Origin: Candidatus Latescibacterota bacterium
Lineage (GTDB): Bacteria > Latescibacterota > UBA2968
NCBI GenBank assembly: GCA_965204375.1
Contig: OZ241986.1
Location: 800,001-864,000 of the forward strand
Length of the DNA: 64,000 nucleotides
Direction: 5' to 3'
Both the position numbers and the translations under genes were made by a program. How positions within the stretch are numbered: the first letter of the stretch is position 1; every line of letters begins with the position of its first letter. This document shows positions 19,378 through 30,156 of this stretch, piece after piece. The notes under the pieces were generated by a model. That model was not told the DNA's origin. It saw only the letters and a list, made by a program, of their open reading frames with translations, and ran no database searches.

Positions 19378-20580
19378 TCAGGCTTTTGATGTTTGTTGGG
19401 CTTCACACGCTTGTTTCCAGACATGGTGTTTTGCCATCATCCTTTCAACTTTTTCAGGGGCGGTGGCGCGCAGGTCGCGTTGTTCGTCAGGATCGGTGCT
19501 CAGATCGAACAGGCCGTCTGGTTTGCCGTTTGTGGCGTGGAGTTTTAGATTGCCCTCGCGGACTGCGTCCTCTGTTCTGTACGTCCAGTGCAGCGTGCGG
19601 TCCAGGGGCTGCTCTTTGCCTTCGAAGAGAGGCCAAGCGTTTTGGGCATCGATGACGCGATCGTCGGGCACAGGTGCACCGGCGAGAGCGGCGAATGTCG
19701 CGTAGAGGTCATAGTGTACCCAGGGGGTATTGATTTTCGTATTTGGAGCGATTTTTCCGGGCCAGACCGCGTTGCAGATGACCTTGAGCGAACGCTCCCA
19801 AAGGGTTCGGCCATAACCATTGGTCCGGCTGCCTCCCTGATCGCTCAGGAATACGATGAGCGTATTTTCCGCAATACCGGCATGGTGTACCGCATCCAGC
19901 ACGCGTCCCACGCACAGGTCCAGGTATTCGACCATATACTGGTAGTTTACCAGTGGATCATCGCTGTGATAGTATCCGGGTGGGGCCTGGTAGGGACCGT
20001 GTGGGGCATAAAAGGCGAGATTCAGGTAGAAGGGGTCTGGCTCTTGGGATTGGCGATTGATAAATTTGATTGCTTTATCCGTAAACAAGGTGTCGAAGTA
20101 ACCCTCATCCGCTATGGGTTCCAGACCGCGAAAAAAGTGGCTTTTCATGTCGCGGTTGTAAAGGTGGGTGTAGTAGTCGGCATGGCCGGCGTTGCTGCCG
20201 TAAAATTCATGAAAGCCATGGTGTAAGGGGTTGAATGTCGCAGCATATCCCAGATTCCATTTTCCAAACAGCCCTGTTGTGTATCCGGCATTGCGCAAAA
20301 GTCTGGCTATAGAGACTTCCTGAAGCGAGAGTCCGGATTCCGGATCATCTGGGCGTGTCTGTGAGTTGATGCCAACCCGATACGGATGTCTGCCCGTGTT
20401 CCAGGCGCAACGCGCTGGTGAACACAGCGGGGTTGCGATCAGGCAATTGTCGAAGACGACCCCCTCGCTCGCCATTGTGTTCAATCTGGGCGTTTCGAAT
20501 ATCCCTTCGCCATAATAATCGACTGCTTCGCGACCGAGGTTGTCGGCTACTATGAAGATGATATTGGGATGATTTTTCAT
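19378..20580 (-). CDS. Cys-type sulfatase (arylsulfatase A-like)
   Basis: PNIIFIVADNLG, CSPAR, GKWNLG. Confidence 0.93.
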   Translation of the reverse strand: MKNHPNIIFIVADNLGREAVDYYGEGIFETPRLNTMASEGVVFDNCLIATPLCSPARCAWNTGRHPYRVGINSQTRPDDPESGLSLQEVSIARLLRNAGYTTGLFGKWNLGYAATFNPLHHGFHEFYGSNAGHADYYTHLYNRDMKSHFFRGLEPIADEGYFDTLFTDKAIKFINRQSQEPDPFYLNLAFYAPHGPYQAPPGYYHSDDPLVNYQYMVEYLDLCVGRVLDAVHHAGIAENTLIVFLSDQGGSRTNGYGRTLWERSLKVICNAVWPGKIAPNTKINTPWVHYDLYATFAALAGAPVPDDRVIDAQNAWPLFEGKEQPLDRTLHWTYRTEDAVREGNLKLHATNGKPDGLFDLSTDPDEQRDLRATAPEKVERMMAKHHVWKQACEAQQTSKA

Positions 20581-20643
20581 TGGTGTTTCCTTAATAGATT
20601 GAAAAGTATAAACTTATGGTTGGATAAGAATCCAGGGGCAATA

Positions 20644-22065
20644 TCAGTTCTGAGAATCGGGATGGCTCGCATGGGCCAGTTCGCGTAGTACATCGACCGC
20701 GAAGAGGACGTCCTCTCTCCGACAGTCGAACTGACCGACCTGGAAGCGAATGACGAACTGTCCATCATGGATCGTCTGCGTCAGGTAGATTCGGCCGTCA
20801 TCGTTGACCGCGCGGAGCAGGCGTTCGGTGGTGTCGTTGGCGTTCTCACCGTCGGGAGCGTACTGGAACGTGAAGAGCGAAAGGTGGCAGTCCGTTGTCA
20901 GGCGAAAGCCGTCCAGCGATGCGATTGCAGTGGCGGCCTCCTCAGCCCAGGCAATATGGTTCCGGATGCGCTGTCGGAGGTCTTCGAGACCGTGGGCACG
21001 GAGCAGGAACCAGAGCTTGAGGGCGCGGAATCGGCGCCCCAGGGGGATCGTCCATTCGCTGTAATTGGTGATTTCGGTTTGGCCGAGGGTCTGGAGGTAA
21101 TCCGGACGGATACCGAGGGTGCGAACCTGTGGTTCCGGGTCCGCGAGAAACTGGATCGAACAGTCGAATTGTGCGCCGAGCCACTTGTGGGGATTGAAGA
21201 CGATGCTGTCGGCTCCCTCGACCCCCGCCCACAACTCGCGTAGCTCGGGACAGATCATCGCGGAACCGGCCCACGCGGCGTCGATGTGGACGTAGAGATC
21301 GTGCTCGCGTGCCACTTCGATGGTCTGGTGTACATGGTCGGATGCGCCAATCGACGTGCCTCCAACACAGAGGACGACACCGGCCGGGAGAAAACCCGCG
21401 GCATGATCTGCGTTGATTGCCCGGCGGAGCGCTTCCGGGTCGAGCGCCCAGGAATCATCGGTCGGGACTTTGACCAGATTTTGTTGGCCGATACCGGCGA
21501 TGTGAATCGCCTTGTCAACCGACGAGTGGGTCTCCGGCGATGCGTAGATCCGGATTTGTTTCTCTCCCGCTATTCCAGAATCGATTCCTCGCCAGCCAAG
21601 TGCGCGCTCGCGCATCGTTAGTACAGCGCAGATATTTGCCGATGTTGCCGTATCCTGGATAACCCCCTGGAATCCTTCTGGTAGCCCGAGTGCCTGGCGC
21701 ATCCAATCGACCATCCGGGTCTCGATTTCCGTAGCTGCGGGTGAGGTCTGCCAGAGCATGCACTGGGCTGCCATGACCGCCGTCAAATTCTCGGCGATCA
21801 TCGAAACCGGCGCAGCGTTGGCGCTGAAGTACGCAAAAAAGTGCCGGTGTTGCCAATGCGTCATGCCGTCGGGCACGATGCGCTCGAAGTCGGCGAAGAT
21901 CGTCTCCATGCTTACCGGCCCTTCCGGTGGCGATAGAGGCAGCATCGCTGCGATCTTGCCCGGTGCGGTCTGCGCCCGAACAGGCCGCTCTTCGAGCGTG
22001 GCCAGGTATTCGGCGCCCCACCGTGCGGCTCGTTCAGCCCATTGAAAGTAGTCTTCTCGTTTCAA
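20644..22065 (-). CDS. PLP-dependent aromatic-L-amino-acid decarboxylase (group II)
   Basis: THWQH..FFAYF, SPAATEIE, HIDAAWAG, FNPHKWL, LGRRFRALKLWF. Confidence 0.93.
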   Translation of the reverse strand: MKREDYFQWAERAARWGAEYLATLEERPVRAQTAPGKIAAMLPLSPPEGPVSMETIFADFERIVPDGMTHWQHRHFFAYFSANAAPVSMIAENLTAVMAAQCMLWQTSPAATEIETRMVDWMRQALGLPEGFQGVIQDTATSANICAVLTMRERALGWRGIDSGIAGEKQIRIYASPETHSSVDKAIHIAGIGQQNLVKVPTDDSWALDPEALRRAINADHAAGFLPAGVVLCVGGTSIGASDHVHQTIEVAREHDLYVHIDAAWAGSAMICPELRELWAGVEGADSIVFNPHKWLGAQFDCSIQFLADPEPQVRTLGIRPDYLQTLGQTEITNYSEWTIPLGRRFRALKLWFLLRAHGLEDLRQRIRNHIAWAEEAATAIASLDGFRLTTDCHLSLFTFQYAPDGENANDTTERLLRAVNDDGRIYLTQTIHDGQFVIRFQVGQFDCRREDVLFAVDVLRELAHASHPDSQN

Positions 22066-22099
22066 TGCATTGTGTCCAGGTTTTTAGAGATTTAGTTCT

Positions 22100-23080
22100 T
22101 CAAAGGTAGTCGCTGACGTCCATTTCCGGATACGCATTCTTGATCAGTTCAACCGAGGTGGGCGTGTACATTGCGTCACCGGGTTTCGGCCAGCCGAAGA
22201 GACTGCGAACCCTCGATGTCGTTTTTCCCAAAAAGGGTTTCAAGCGTCGAATCGCCTCACCTTCCCTTTTGCCGGTTGATGTCCATGGCATGGTGTCTCT
22301 GCGTCCTATTGAGAAGAAAATGACCGCACGCTGTTTGTCCTTGTCTGCAAAAGGTTGTGCTGCGTGTGGCGTGTGTCCACTGTAGAAGAGAACGCTGCCA
22401 GCTTTTCCAGTGATTGAGACGGGTTCCTGTGCGTGAAGAATTTTGCGGATATCGGCAAAGCGGTAAGCGTGAGGCACCTTGCGGATGTCGCCAAAGCCCA
22501 GGCCGTCGTCCTCAATCACACGCAAGATATCGCCCATTTTGTCGTGTACTCCTGGGACCAACCGAACAGGCGCGCAATCTTCGTCAATATCGTCCAGAAA
22601 GACCCAGGCTTGAATATGGCCATACCGCTGCCAATCTGGGTGGGGGGGAATAAAGGGTTTGGCCCAATCCAGGTGAAATTCGATTTCTGGCTTCGTTGGG
22701 GCCTTTCTATCTATTCTGCCGTTTCGGACATAGACGTAACCGTGATGGTAGTGTATATCAGGCGTATCCAGAAGCTGTTCCAGAGCATCCAGAAAAGGAT
22801 CGTGTTCCAGGACCCGGTCAATGACCTCTACCCCTGTTGGAATGTCACAGAACTCCGCTCTGGGGCCGGCCATCCCGAGACCTGCTCCGGGCAGGCGTAG
22901 CTTATTTTCAAGGTCAGGATTGGCTTTCAATTCGGCAATGAACTCGGAAAAAGACTTTCCACCATAAGCATTTTGTTCCGCAGCCTCAAGTACCGCTGAC
23001 AATTGGCTGGTCGAGAACAGGTCCGGGACCGTGACGTAACCCTCTTGTAAGTAAAATTCATACTGCTCTTGTGTCAGCAT
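22100..23080 (-). CDS. PhyH-family Fe(II)/2OG dioxygenase
   Basis: MLTQEQYEFYLQEGY, FHLD (HxD), LVPGVH, GSVLFYSGHTPHAA. Confidence 0.88.
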   Translation of the reverse strand: MLTQEQYEFYLQEGYVTVPDLFSTSQLSAVLEAAEQNAYGGKSFSEFIAELKANPDLENKLRLPGAGLGMAGPRAEFCDIPTGVEVIDRVLEHDPFLDALEQLLDTPDIHYHHGYVYVRNGRIDRKAPTKPEIEFHLDWAKPFIPPHPDWQRYGHIQAWVFLDDIDEDCAPVRLVPGVHDKMGDILRVIEDDGLGFGDIRKVPHAYRFADIRKILHAQEPVSITGKAGSVLFYSGHTPHAAQPFADKDKQRAVIFFSIGRRDTMPWTSTGKREGEAIRRLKPFLGKTTSRVRSLFGWPKPGDAMYTPTSVELIKNAYPEMDVSDYL

Positions 23081-23104
23081 TTTCGATCTCCTTTAATAAA
23101 TCGC

Positions 23105-24712
23105 CTAAATTTCATCGTCATCCAGAGCGCGCTGTCCTTCAAACGGTCCCCATTGAATACGCCCTCTGGTTCTTCTATCGCTCTTGTAAATCTCCGGGTC
23201 ATAATTCGGGTTTTCCTTGGGGAATCGCGCTCCGACCAGTTCGAGATAGCGCATCATTTCGTCGTAGAGTTTCCGATGTATTTCCGGATTTTGCTTTGCA
23301 ATATTGGTAACCTCGCCAATGTCGCCAGAAAGGTCGAACAACATCGGAATATCCGGTCGTTCGTAAAAATGGATCACCTTGGACGAACCAGAAATAATGA
23401 CCGAATGCGGCACAGAGTTCCGATAATGAGGATAATGGAAATAGAGATAGCGATTCAGAAAGGCTTCGTCAGGCTCTTCTCCAGCCATGTAATCCGCGAG
23501 GCTGACACCGTCGATATTCTGCAATTTTTCCGAGTCGCCACCAGCCCAATCAACGAAGGTGGGTAAGAAATCATAGTTGATCACATTGCCGGTAAAAGCT
23601 GAGTTAGGTTTGATCCCGGGCCCCTTGACAATCATAGGCACCCGGATGCCTCCATCCCACAACCACCACTTTGTTGCGTGTAACGGTTGCTTGTAGTCGG
23701 GTATGATTTCGACTTCTTCGTGTCGGTAGCCGTTGTCACCCACTACGATGACATAGGTGTTATCCGCAATTCCCAGTTCTTCTAATTTGTCGAGCACCGC
23801 GCCGATCCGACCATCCAGATCCTCACCCATGCCCAACCAAATTGCGGGATCATCTCCCCGATTGACTGTGTCGGGATGTTTATTGTTTTTCTTATACCAC
23901 TCCTGCACCAGTGGGTGATTCACATATTTTTCACGCGTTTTATCCAGGCATTCATAACCCGCATGCATGGCGTAATGAGAGATCTGAAGGTAAAAGGGAT
24001 TGCTTTTTTCTACCTGTTCTTCCATGAAGCCAATTGCCTTTTCGGTAATGCTGAACATCAACTTGGGATCGGCCATATCTTTGGGTAGTCGTCTGGGCGT
24101 CCGCTCGCCTCTCTCCAGGCCGTACTTCAGGGTATTGCCGGGATTATTATCGGTAGCACCATCGTGTAATATGTAGCCTGCCTTTGCAGGATCGCCCCTC
24201 ATGTGCCATTTGCCAATGTGGGCGCTGACATAACCCAGTGGCTTGAGCGCTCTGGGAATGGTAACTGCGTCTTCGTCGAGTTCTCGGTCGGACACGTTCG
24301 GGACCAGTGGGAAACTCTGATATTCCCTTTTCGTGTCGTAGTAAGGCTCTCTTGCCCCCAGATATACCGTGAAACCACTGTGTGGAGCAGACTGCCCCGT
24401 CTGTACGCACACACGAGCAGGTGCACATTGGGGTGCTCCATAGGCATTGCGAAATTTCATGCCCTCATTTGCCAGCTTTTGGATGTTCGGCATTTGCAAG
24501 ACCGGCATCAGGGAGTTCTCCATGGTGTCATCCATGGCAACCGGTGATCCGTTCCAGGCCCAGTCGTCTATATAAAACATGACAATGTTGGGCCTGGATT
24601 GTGCGTTAGACCCCGCTTGTGTGTTGGATTTGGCCTGTGCAGCCTGACTGCGAACGGCGAAGGTCCCAATCACAATCGCAACCCATAGGATGAGTTTGAT
24701 AAAAAGGATCAT
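23105..24712 (-). CDS. secreted Cys-type sulfatase
   Basis: Signal peptide; [20 protein letters not shown]. Confidence 0.93.
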   Translation of the reverse strand: MILFIKLILWVAIVIGTFAVRSQAAQAKSNTQAGSNAQSRPNIVMFYIDDWAWNGSPVAMDDTMENSLMPVLQMPNIQKLANEGMKFRNAYGAPQCAPARVCVQTGQSAPHSGFTVYLGAREPYYDTKREYQSFPLVPNVSDRELDEDAVTIPRALKPLGYVSAHIGKWHMRGDPAKAGYILHDGATDNNPGNTLKYGLERGERTPRRLPKDMADPKLMFSITEKAIGFMEEQVEKSNPFYLQISHYAMHAGYECLDKTREKYVNHPLVQEWYKKNNKHPDTVNRGDDPAIWLGMGEDLDGRIGAVLDKLEELGIADNTYVIVVGDNGYRHEEVEIIPDYKQPLHATKWWLWDGGIRVPMIVKGPGIKPNSAFTGNVINYDFLPTFVDWAGGDSEKLQNIDGVSLADYMAGEEPDEAFLNRYLYFHYPHYRNSVPHSVIISGSSKVIHFYERPDIPMLFDLSGDIGEVTNIAKQNPEIHRKLYDEMMRYLELVGARFPKENPNYDPEIYKSDRRTRGRIQWGPFEGQRALDDDEI

Positions 24713-24731
24713 ATATTCCTCCTGTTGGACA

Positions 24732-27545
24732 TCAGTTGTTGCTTCTCCAGATAATTTTTCTTTTTTTCCCTTCGACCTCGCAAAATACGGCCAGTCTTCT
24801 GGATACAGTGATTCCGAGTTTATAAGTACCGGGGTCGGACACCTTTCTGGATTTCCAAAGTTCCACTTCCGGATGGTCGGGCGTACCGCGATAGGTCACC
24901 AACTGTCCCTTTTCGAAAGCGGCATAATGAAGACCGCCGTCGGGGTCCTTCGACCGGGATCGCCAAATCGCGTCTCCACTCCTGCCAGGAGCACCTCGAC
25001 GTAGCACCAGCTTTCCATTATCATGCATCTTCAAATAGCATTCCAGGCGGGGGAATACGCGGACATCTCCGATCATCAACCGCTCGCCTTCGTTCAGTAT
25101 TACTTGATGAATCTCATCCCGCCAGCCTGTCGCACTATTTTTCGACACATCACCCACGGCAATCTGAATTTCACTCCGATTGAATATACCGGTTTTGTCT
25201 TCTGCCACAGCTTCCAAATGATATATCCCAGGCTTCAGTGCTTTCAGAAGTTCATCGCTTGAATCGCTCCAAACCTGCGGTTGGGTTGCAGTGAGAATCA
25301 GGCCGTTAAGATAAAGCTTCACTTCCCGAATGCCATCTCCATCGGTCGCATCTACTTCTACCTGGAGATCAGTTTCCGCCGGAAAACGCGCACCATCCTT
25401 CAGGTTTGTAAAACGCACTTTTGGAAAGTCCCCTTCCCGCTGTACGGTGATGACCTCTTTTTCCACTTCCGCCAGAGTGCGGTTCCAGTCCATAAAGTGG
25501 GTCCGGGCCATCAATTGCGTTTTGTATTGGGGTGTAAGAATCGAGGCATACGTCTTCCACTCATCCACTGCGTCCTTAAAATGGGCCACGGCTTCATCAT
25601 TAAACTGTTTCCGCTGGCGATCCTCGCGAAATATCGCCAGTTTGGCTGCACCGCGCATTTTGTCGGCATAATAACGGCCGAGATAGGCCATGCTTTCAAT
25701 ATCGTTCAGCGTTTCCTGCAACTCCACATTATCGCCCATCTGTGCCCGCAATGCTGGAAGCGCTTTTAGTGCAGTCGCCGCATATTCATCCAGGTGATTC
25801 GCCACCTGCAACGGTGTGATGCCCTTCAGTTTTTTTCCGGCAAGAAAAGCCTTTGCCCACTCTGTTACGGAGTGAATACCCGATCCACGCATCGGGTCCC
25901 GATCAAAATGGTAATCATCCACGGTCAGAAAACCCTGGCGCTGCATACACCCTTCCGGCGCGAAGTTTCCATCGGTGCCAGACCAGACGGATCTGTTGAG
26001 TTGCGGAATAATCTCGGAAGTTGACTCCCATGCATCGTAAAGGAGCCTGGCATCTACATCGGGAAAACGATGCTTCAGGACCGCTTCCCAATAGTCTCGA
26101 TTGAGTGACGGATTATAAGATAGCTGTCCCCATAGCCGAAATCGATACCAGTGCTTATCAATCTCCAACCGCCTGGACATCTCTGGATTCCTGGCGATAA
26201 ACTCGCGGCCCCACACATAGCCGTCAGAGCCCATATAAAAGCCGGGCGAATGGTCGTGTGGCATTTCTTTAATAAACTCGCGCACATAATCTGGGCTGCC
26301 CCAACGATGCATGAAAATATCGTCATTGCGCAAGTTGAGCCAGACTTTGAAATTATCCAGCCAGCCATCATTTACAATGCGTCTTTCCCATTCCTGCGGC
26401 CTTCTCATCGAATAGATGTGAGCGACCGCATACTTGACACTGGTTTCCAATATGCCCGTATAATTTTTAAAGGCATCTGTAACGTAGTGATGGTCTGTTA
26501 CGTGTCTGCGAAAAATAAAACGAATTTTGCGATCGGGCTGTTGTTCTTGCACGTCCATAATGCCTCGACCGTAGGTGTTGAAGATAAAGTTTTCTATCGA
26601 ATGCACGCCTTTAATTTCATTATCCGCGTTTTCGCCAGCCGTGACGCCAATCCCCGCAATCTGCGGGTAGGTCAGCAATGCCTGGCGCACACTCTTTCGC
26701 ATATAATCGACAGTGACGGGGTTGGTCTGGTCCTGCGTAATACCGTGTTTTCCGGTTGCGCCAAAAGTGAAGACGTTCCAGTGAAACAGATAAATTTCAA
26801 TCCCGCGATCCTCCGCGTATTGGAACACCCGTTGCCAATGCGCGATTTTCTCTTCGATAGTGATCTTTTTGACCAGCTTCAGGGTGCCCGGTTTGTCAAA
26901 ATCCACATCCTGCCACTTGTTTTTATTGTTCGGATAAATATCGACGCCGATGCGATAGATATCGTCCAGCGCGACTTCGGGATACTCTTCCAGCTTAATA
27001 ATGGAAGGAAAGGGATGGGTCGTCCACAGGCTCAGCACATTGTAGCGATAGCGCGCAAGGTCATCGAGATAGGCTTTCCAGAATTCAAAGTCCCAGACTG
27101 TTTCGATATTGTTCTGTGCCGAATCTCCCGTGTCGTCGTAGGATGGGGTGCGCGCATCCAGGGGGATATTAAATTTAATCCCACGCTTTTTCACAAAGGG
27201 TGCGCGTTCCTGATTCTCAATCGGAAGACCGAGGCGCAAAAGGTCGGCTACTTCGAGACCGCCATACATTGCGCCCGTTGCATCTGTACCAGTAATCCGT
27301 ATCCGGGATCCAACAGTCCGAATTTGAAATGCTTCGGGTAATGTCTCATCCGGCTTAATGGTCAACGAAACCTGAAGGTCCTCCCGTCCCACCTCTTTTA
27401 ATACATCGTTTAGTTCCTGCGCCGCAAATACCAACTGCGGGATCTTTGTATCATATTCGACCGAAGCCGCGAGGCGACCCGGCAGAAGAATGCTCAAAAC
27501 GAATAACAAATAGAGAAATGAACGAGGTCTCTTTTTCATTGTCAC
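24732..27545 (-). CDS. large secreted putative glycoside hydrolase with Ig-like and C-terminal B-lectin-like domains
   Basis: Signal peptide; [13 protein letters not shown]; [12 protein letters not shown]; [16 protein letters not shown] (Ig-like); [11 protein letters not shown]...IWRS (bulb-lectin-like). Confidence 0.7.
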   Translation of the reverse strand: MTMKKRPRSFLYLLFVLSILLPGRLAASVEYDTKIPQLVFAAQELNDVLKEVGREDLQVSLTIKPDETLPEAFQIRTVGSRIRITGTDATGAMYGGLEVADLLRLGLPIENQERAPFVKKRGIKFNIPLDARTPSYDDTGDSAQNNIETVWDFEFWKAYLDDLARYRYNVLSLWTTHPFPSIIKLEEYPEVALDDIYRIGVDIYPNNKNKWQDVDFDKPGTLKLVKKITIEEKIAHWQRVFQYAEDRGIEIYLFHWNVFTFGATGKHGITQDQTNPVTVDYMRKSVRQALLTYPQIAGIGVTAGENADNEIKGVHSIENFIFNTYGRGIMDVQEQQPDRKIRFIFRRHVTDHHYVTDAFKNYTGILETSVKYAVAHIYSMRRPQEWERRIVNDGWLDNFKVWLNLRNDDIFMHRWGSPDYVREFIKEMPHDHSPGFYMGSDGYVWGREFIARNPEMSRRLEIDKHWYRFRLWGQLSYNPSLNRDYWEAVLKHRFPDVDARLLYDAWESTSEIIPQLNRSVWSGTDGNFAPEGCMQRQGFLTVDDYHFDRDPMRGSGIHSVTEWAKAFLAGKKLKGITPLQVANHLDEYAATALKALPALRAQMGDNVELQETLNDIESMAYLGRYYADKMRGAAKLAIFREDRQRKQFNDEAVAHFKDAVDEWKTYASILTPQYKTQLMARTHFMDWNRTLAEVEKEVITVQREGDFPKVRFTNLKDGARFPAETDLQVEVDATDGDGIREVKLYLNGLILTATQPQVWSDSSDELLKALKPGIYHLEAVAEDKTGIFNRSEIQIAVGDVSKNSATGWRDEIHQVILNEGERLMIGDVRVFPRLECYLKMHDNGKLVLRRGAPGRSGDAIWRSRSKDPDGGLHYAAFEKGQLVTYRGTPDHPEVELWKSRKVSDPGTYKLGITVSRRLAVFCEVEGKKRKIIWRSNN

Positions 27546-27551
27546 AATCCT

Positions 27552-28838
27552 CTAATCTTCGAAATAGCCATCATTCAATTCATCAATATTATTCCGCAAT
27601 TTTTGGAACGCTTCGAGAATGAGGTCCATGTTTTCGCGCGGTCCGAGAAGAATGCGGTGCGTGAGATCAAGGGCTTCGGTTTCGTGAATGCGCTCGGCTT
27701 CGGGACAATAGACTCTGGTATAGTCGATGGGATCAGCCTGGTACAACGGGCAGCGGATTGGACAGCCTGTTTCGCCCCATTTGCCGCTGGCAAACATGCT
27801 AAATTGATAGAGGGGCTTTGTCGGGCCAATACCACAGGGCACGCCTTCGGCCTGGAGCGCTTTGCGGAATCGTTCGCGGTGGATGCCTTCAAATTCTTCG
27901 GAGATGAATTTGAAGTGCCAGCGATAGGGGTTCCAGCGGGTGACGCGCTCGTCAATGTCGAGGCCAGTGAGTCCGGGAATAGATTCCATTCCTTTGTGGA
28001 GATACTTGAGATTTTTCCACCGGATTTCTGCCTGTTCTTCGAGGCGGGTGAGTGCGATCAGGCCGATGGCCGCTTCAAATTCGCCCAGTCTTAGAGTTGT
28101 GGCAGGCCAGGTGAAGTTCAGGCTTTCTTCGCCTCTGTCTCGGCCTGCGTGATGATACCGAAAGGCTTTTTCGTACAGGCTTTCGTCTTTGGTCATCACC
28201 ACGCCGCCTTCGCCTATGGCGAGTACTTTGCCGGGCATGCAGGAGAAACCAGCGATGTCGGCGTGAGAACCCACGCCTTTGCCTCTCCATTGCCCGCCGT
28301 GCGCATGAGAACAGTCGCTGACCAGGCCGATATTGTGTTTGTGGCAGATGTCACTTAAAGCATCTGTATCGCAGGGCATGCCCCCCATATCTACGGCAAC
28401 CACTGCCCGGGTGCGCGGCGTGATGAGGGCTTCTACGCTTTTGGGGTCGATGGTGTAGTTGCGCGGGTCGATGTCGGCAAAGATGGGAATGCCATTGCAA
28501 ATCATGACGCAGGAAGCAGACGCAATATAAGTTGATGCAGGGACAATGACTTCACAGCCAGCTTCGACGCCGAGGGATCGCAAGCAGGTTTCGAGTGCTG
28601 TGGTGCCTGTGGAGACAGCAAGGGCGTATTTGCTGTCGTGAAATTCTGCAAAAGCCTGTTCGAATGCGTAGAGTTTGCTGTCGCCATGGTTGTAATAGTC
28701 AAAGCCACTGCGCCCCCATTTGTGACTGCGAAGGACGCCGACAACAGCTTTTTCTTCGCGTTCATCGTGAACCGGCCAGGGTTGGCGCAGGTCTTTGGTA
28801 ACCGTTTTTGAACCACCGTTGATTGCGAGTTCAGGCAT
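27552..28838 (-). CDS. DegT/DnrJ/EryC1/StrS aminotransferase
   Basis: Start reassigned to MPELAINGG; STGTTAL, DCSHAHG, FSCMPGKVLAIGEGG. Confidence 0.93.
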   Translation of the reverse strand: MPELAINGGSKTVTKDLRQPWPVHDEREEKAVVGVLRSHKWGRSGFDYYNHGDSKLYAFEQAFAEFHDSKYALAVSTGTTALETCLRSLGVEAGCEVIVPASTYIASASCVMICNGIPIFADIDPRNYTIDPKSVEALITPRTRAVVAVDMGGMPCDTDALSDICHKHNIGLVSDCSHAHGGQWRGKGVGSHADIAGFSCMPGKVLAIGEGGVVMTKDESLYEKAFRYHHAGRDRGEESLNFTWPATTLRLGEFEAAIGLIALTRLEEQAEIRWKNLKYLHKGMESIPGLTGLDIDERVTRWNPYRWHFKFISEEFEGIHRERFRKALQAEGVPCGIGPTKPLYQFSMFASGKWGETGCPIRCPLYQADPIDYTRVYCPEAERIHETEALDLTHRILLGPRENMDLILEAFQKLRNNIDELNDGYFED

Positions 28839-30075
28839 TGAAGTGCTCCTGATGGGATGAATTATCGTGCAGTTTTGTGAGTAAGGTTTGTGTTTCGTCA
28901 ATCCAGCGTTCACCTGTGCCGGGAACAACGCAAGCGCGGTTGTATTCGAGTGGGTCACTTGGATAGGGGGTAACGCCGTAGCCACCGAAATTATACGCGC
29001 GGCGATTTGGTACATAGCCACATGAACCCTGGGAATAGCCCATGACAATCGTGCGTGCAAAGGGGGATGACGATTGGGTGGATAGGGATAGCTCGATGAA
29101 GGGTTCACCCTGCCAGAAGACGAGTGCCAGGTCGTCGCTTATGCGGATGGCGGGGATTTCGATTCGGATGTTTTTTTCGTTTGTGTATCGGTTGGGAAGC
29201 GTATCTTGCCAGCGCTCTACTTTAAGTGAAAGATTTTTTTCTGGCGTTGCTTGTGTCCAGGCAACGATGGCTTCTCTGGCGAGCGCTTTGCCCATTTCTT
29301 CGACCGTATCATAATTGTCTCTGGGTTCCTGAATCGGAAGTATGTTGCCACATGCCCCTTGTAGAAATATTGAGAAGGGTACAGATGTGCCTGCTTCAAA
29401 GTGGCGACGGGTTGCGCCGGGATATTCGGCGGTGAAGAGACGATTGGCGGTCATCATGATGACGGGATGAGCGGCAAAGTGGATTGCGGTCGCGATGGGT
29501 TGGCCATTGGGTGTGTCGAATCGCAGGACAGTGACTGCGGGGTCAACAGGGCCGTTGGGCAGTTTTTCGGGATTGAGGTTAAACGATTTAAAGCTTCCGT
29601 CGGGCAATATCTGGCGTCTGTTGTAGGCGAGGTCGGTGTTGACAGAGCCCGTTGAGAGTGTGGCGGGTTTAAAATTGGTTATAGACTCGACAGCAGCATC
29701 GACAACCTGCTTTCTTATGTGAACAATCGCATCATCTTCGGGGCTTCCGCCAAAGTAATAGATGCATTCTGGGCCACTGTGATTGTGGGTGCTACACAGG
29801 ATCAGGTTTTCGAGCGGAAGATCGGATTGTGCGGCAAAAGCATCGCGCATGGCATCGACGTCGATCCACTGAAAGCTCAGGAGATCTGCCGAGCAAATGA
29901 CGATAGTGGTCGTATCGTCAGATAGTGCCAGCGCTTTGACGTATAATGGGTCATGGATACCTTCTGCAATGCGAGGTTGCATGGGCGAGCGGTTTACGGG
30001 AAAAGCACCCATAGCCGATCCTGTAGATGGCGTGATGTCTCGTTGTGCAGTACCAATTTTTATTATATCTGCCAA
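28831..30075 (-). CDS. neutral/alkaline ceramidase N-terminal-domain-like hydrolase
   Basis: DITP, GIHDPLYVKAL, STHNHSGP, YNRR, FAAHP, FLQGACG, GEPF. Confidence 0.85.
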   Translation of the reverse strand: MADIIKIGTAQRDITPSTGSAMGAFPVNRSPMQPRIAEGIHDPLYVKALALSDDTTTIVICSADLLSFQWIDVDAMRDAFAAQSDLPLENLILCSTHNHSGPECIYYFGGSPEDDAIVHIRKQVVDAAVESITNFKPATLSTGSVNTDLAYNRRQILPDGSFKSFNLNPEKLPNGPVDPAVTVLRFDTPNGQPIATAIHFAAHPVIMMTANRLFTAEYPGATRRHFEAGTSVPFSIFLQGACGNILPIQEPRDNYDTVEEMGKALAREAIVAWTQATPEKNLSLKVERWQDTLPNRYTNEKNIRIEIPAIRISDDLALVFWQGEPFIELSLSTQSSSPFARTIVMGYSQGSCGYVPNRRAYNFGGYGVTPYPSDPLEYNRACVVPGTGERWIDETQTLLTKLHDNSSHQEHFNA

Positions 30076-30156
30076 AGCTCAGATCTCCTATTTTGAATGT
30101 TCAAGAAATCCACACTGTTTTGTATTCGAACCATCTTCCTTCTGTTGAAACGCTAC

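Noticed and set aside
26151-27341. 396-aa plus-strand ORF; likewise 7122-7946 (+), 45379-46416 (-) and 8062-8889 (-)
   Set aside because: Antisense or alternate-frame shadows of well-supported genes, with no recognisable motifs.
28839-29108. N-terminal extensions in the ORF track (also 37919-38023, 43146-43364, 15760-15828, 31567-31623, 33062-33118)
   Set aside because: They overlap neighbouring genes or leaders; downstream starts have family-typical N-termini and mostly clear SD sites.
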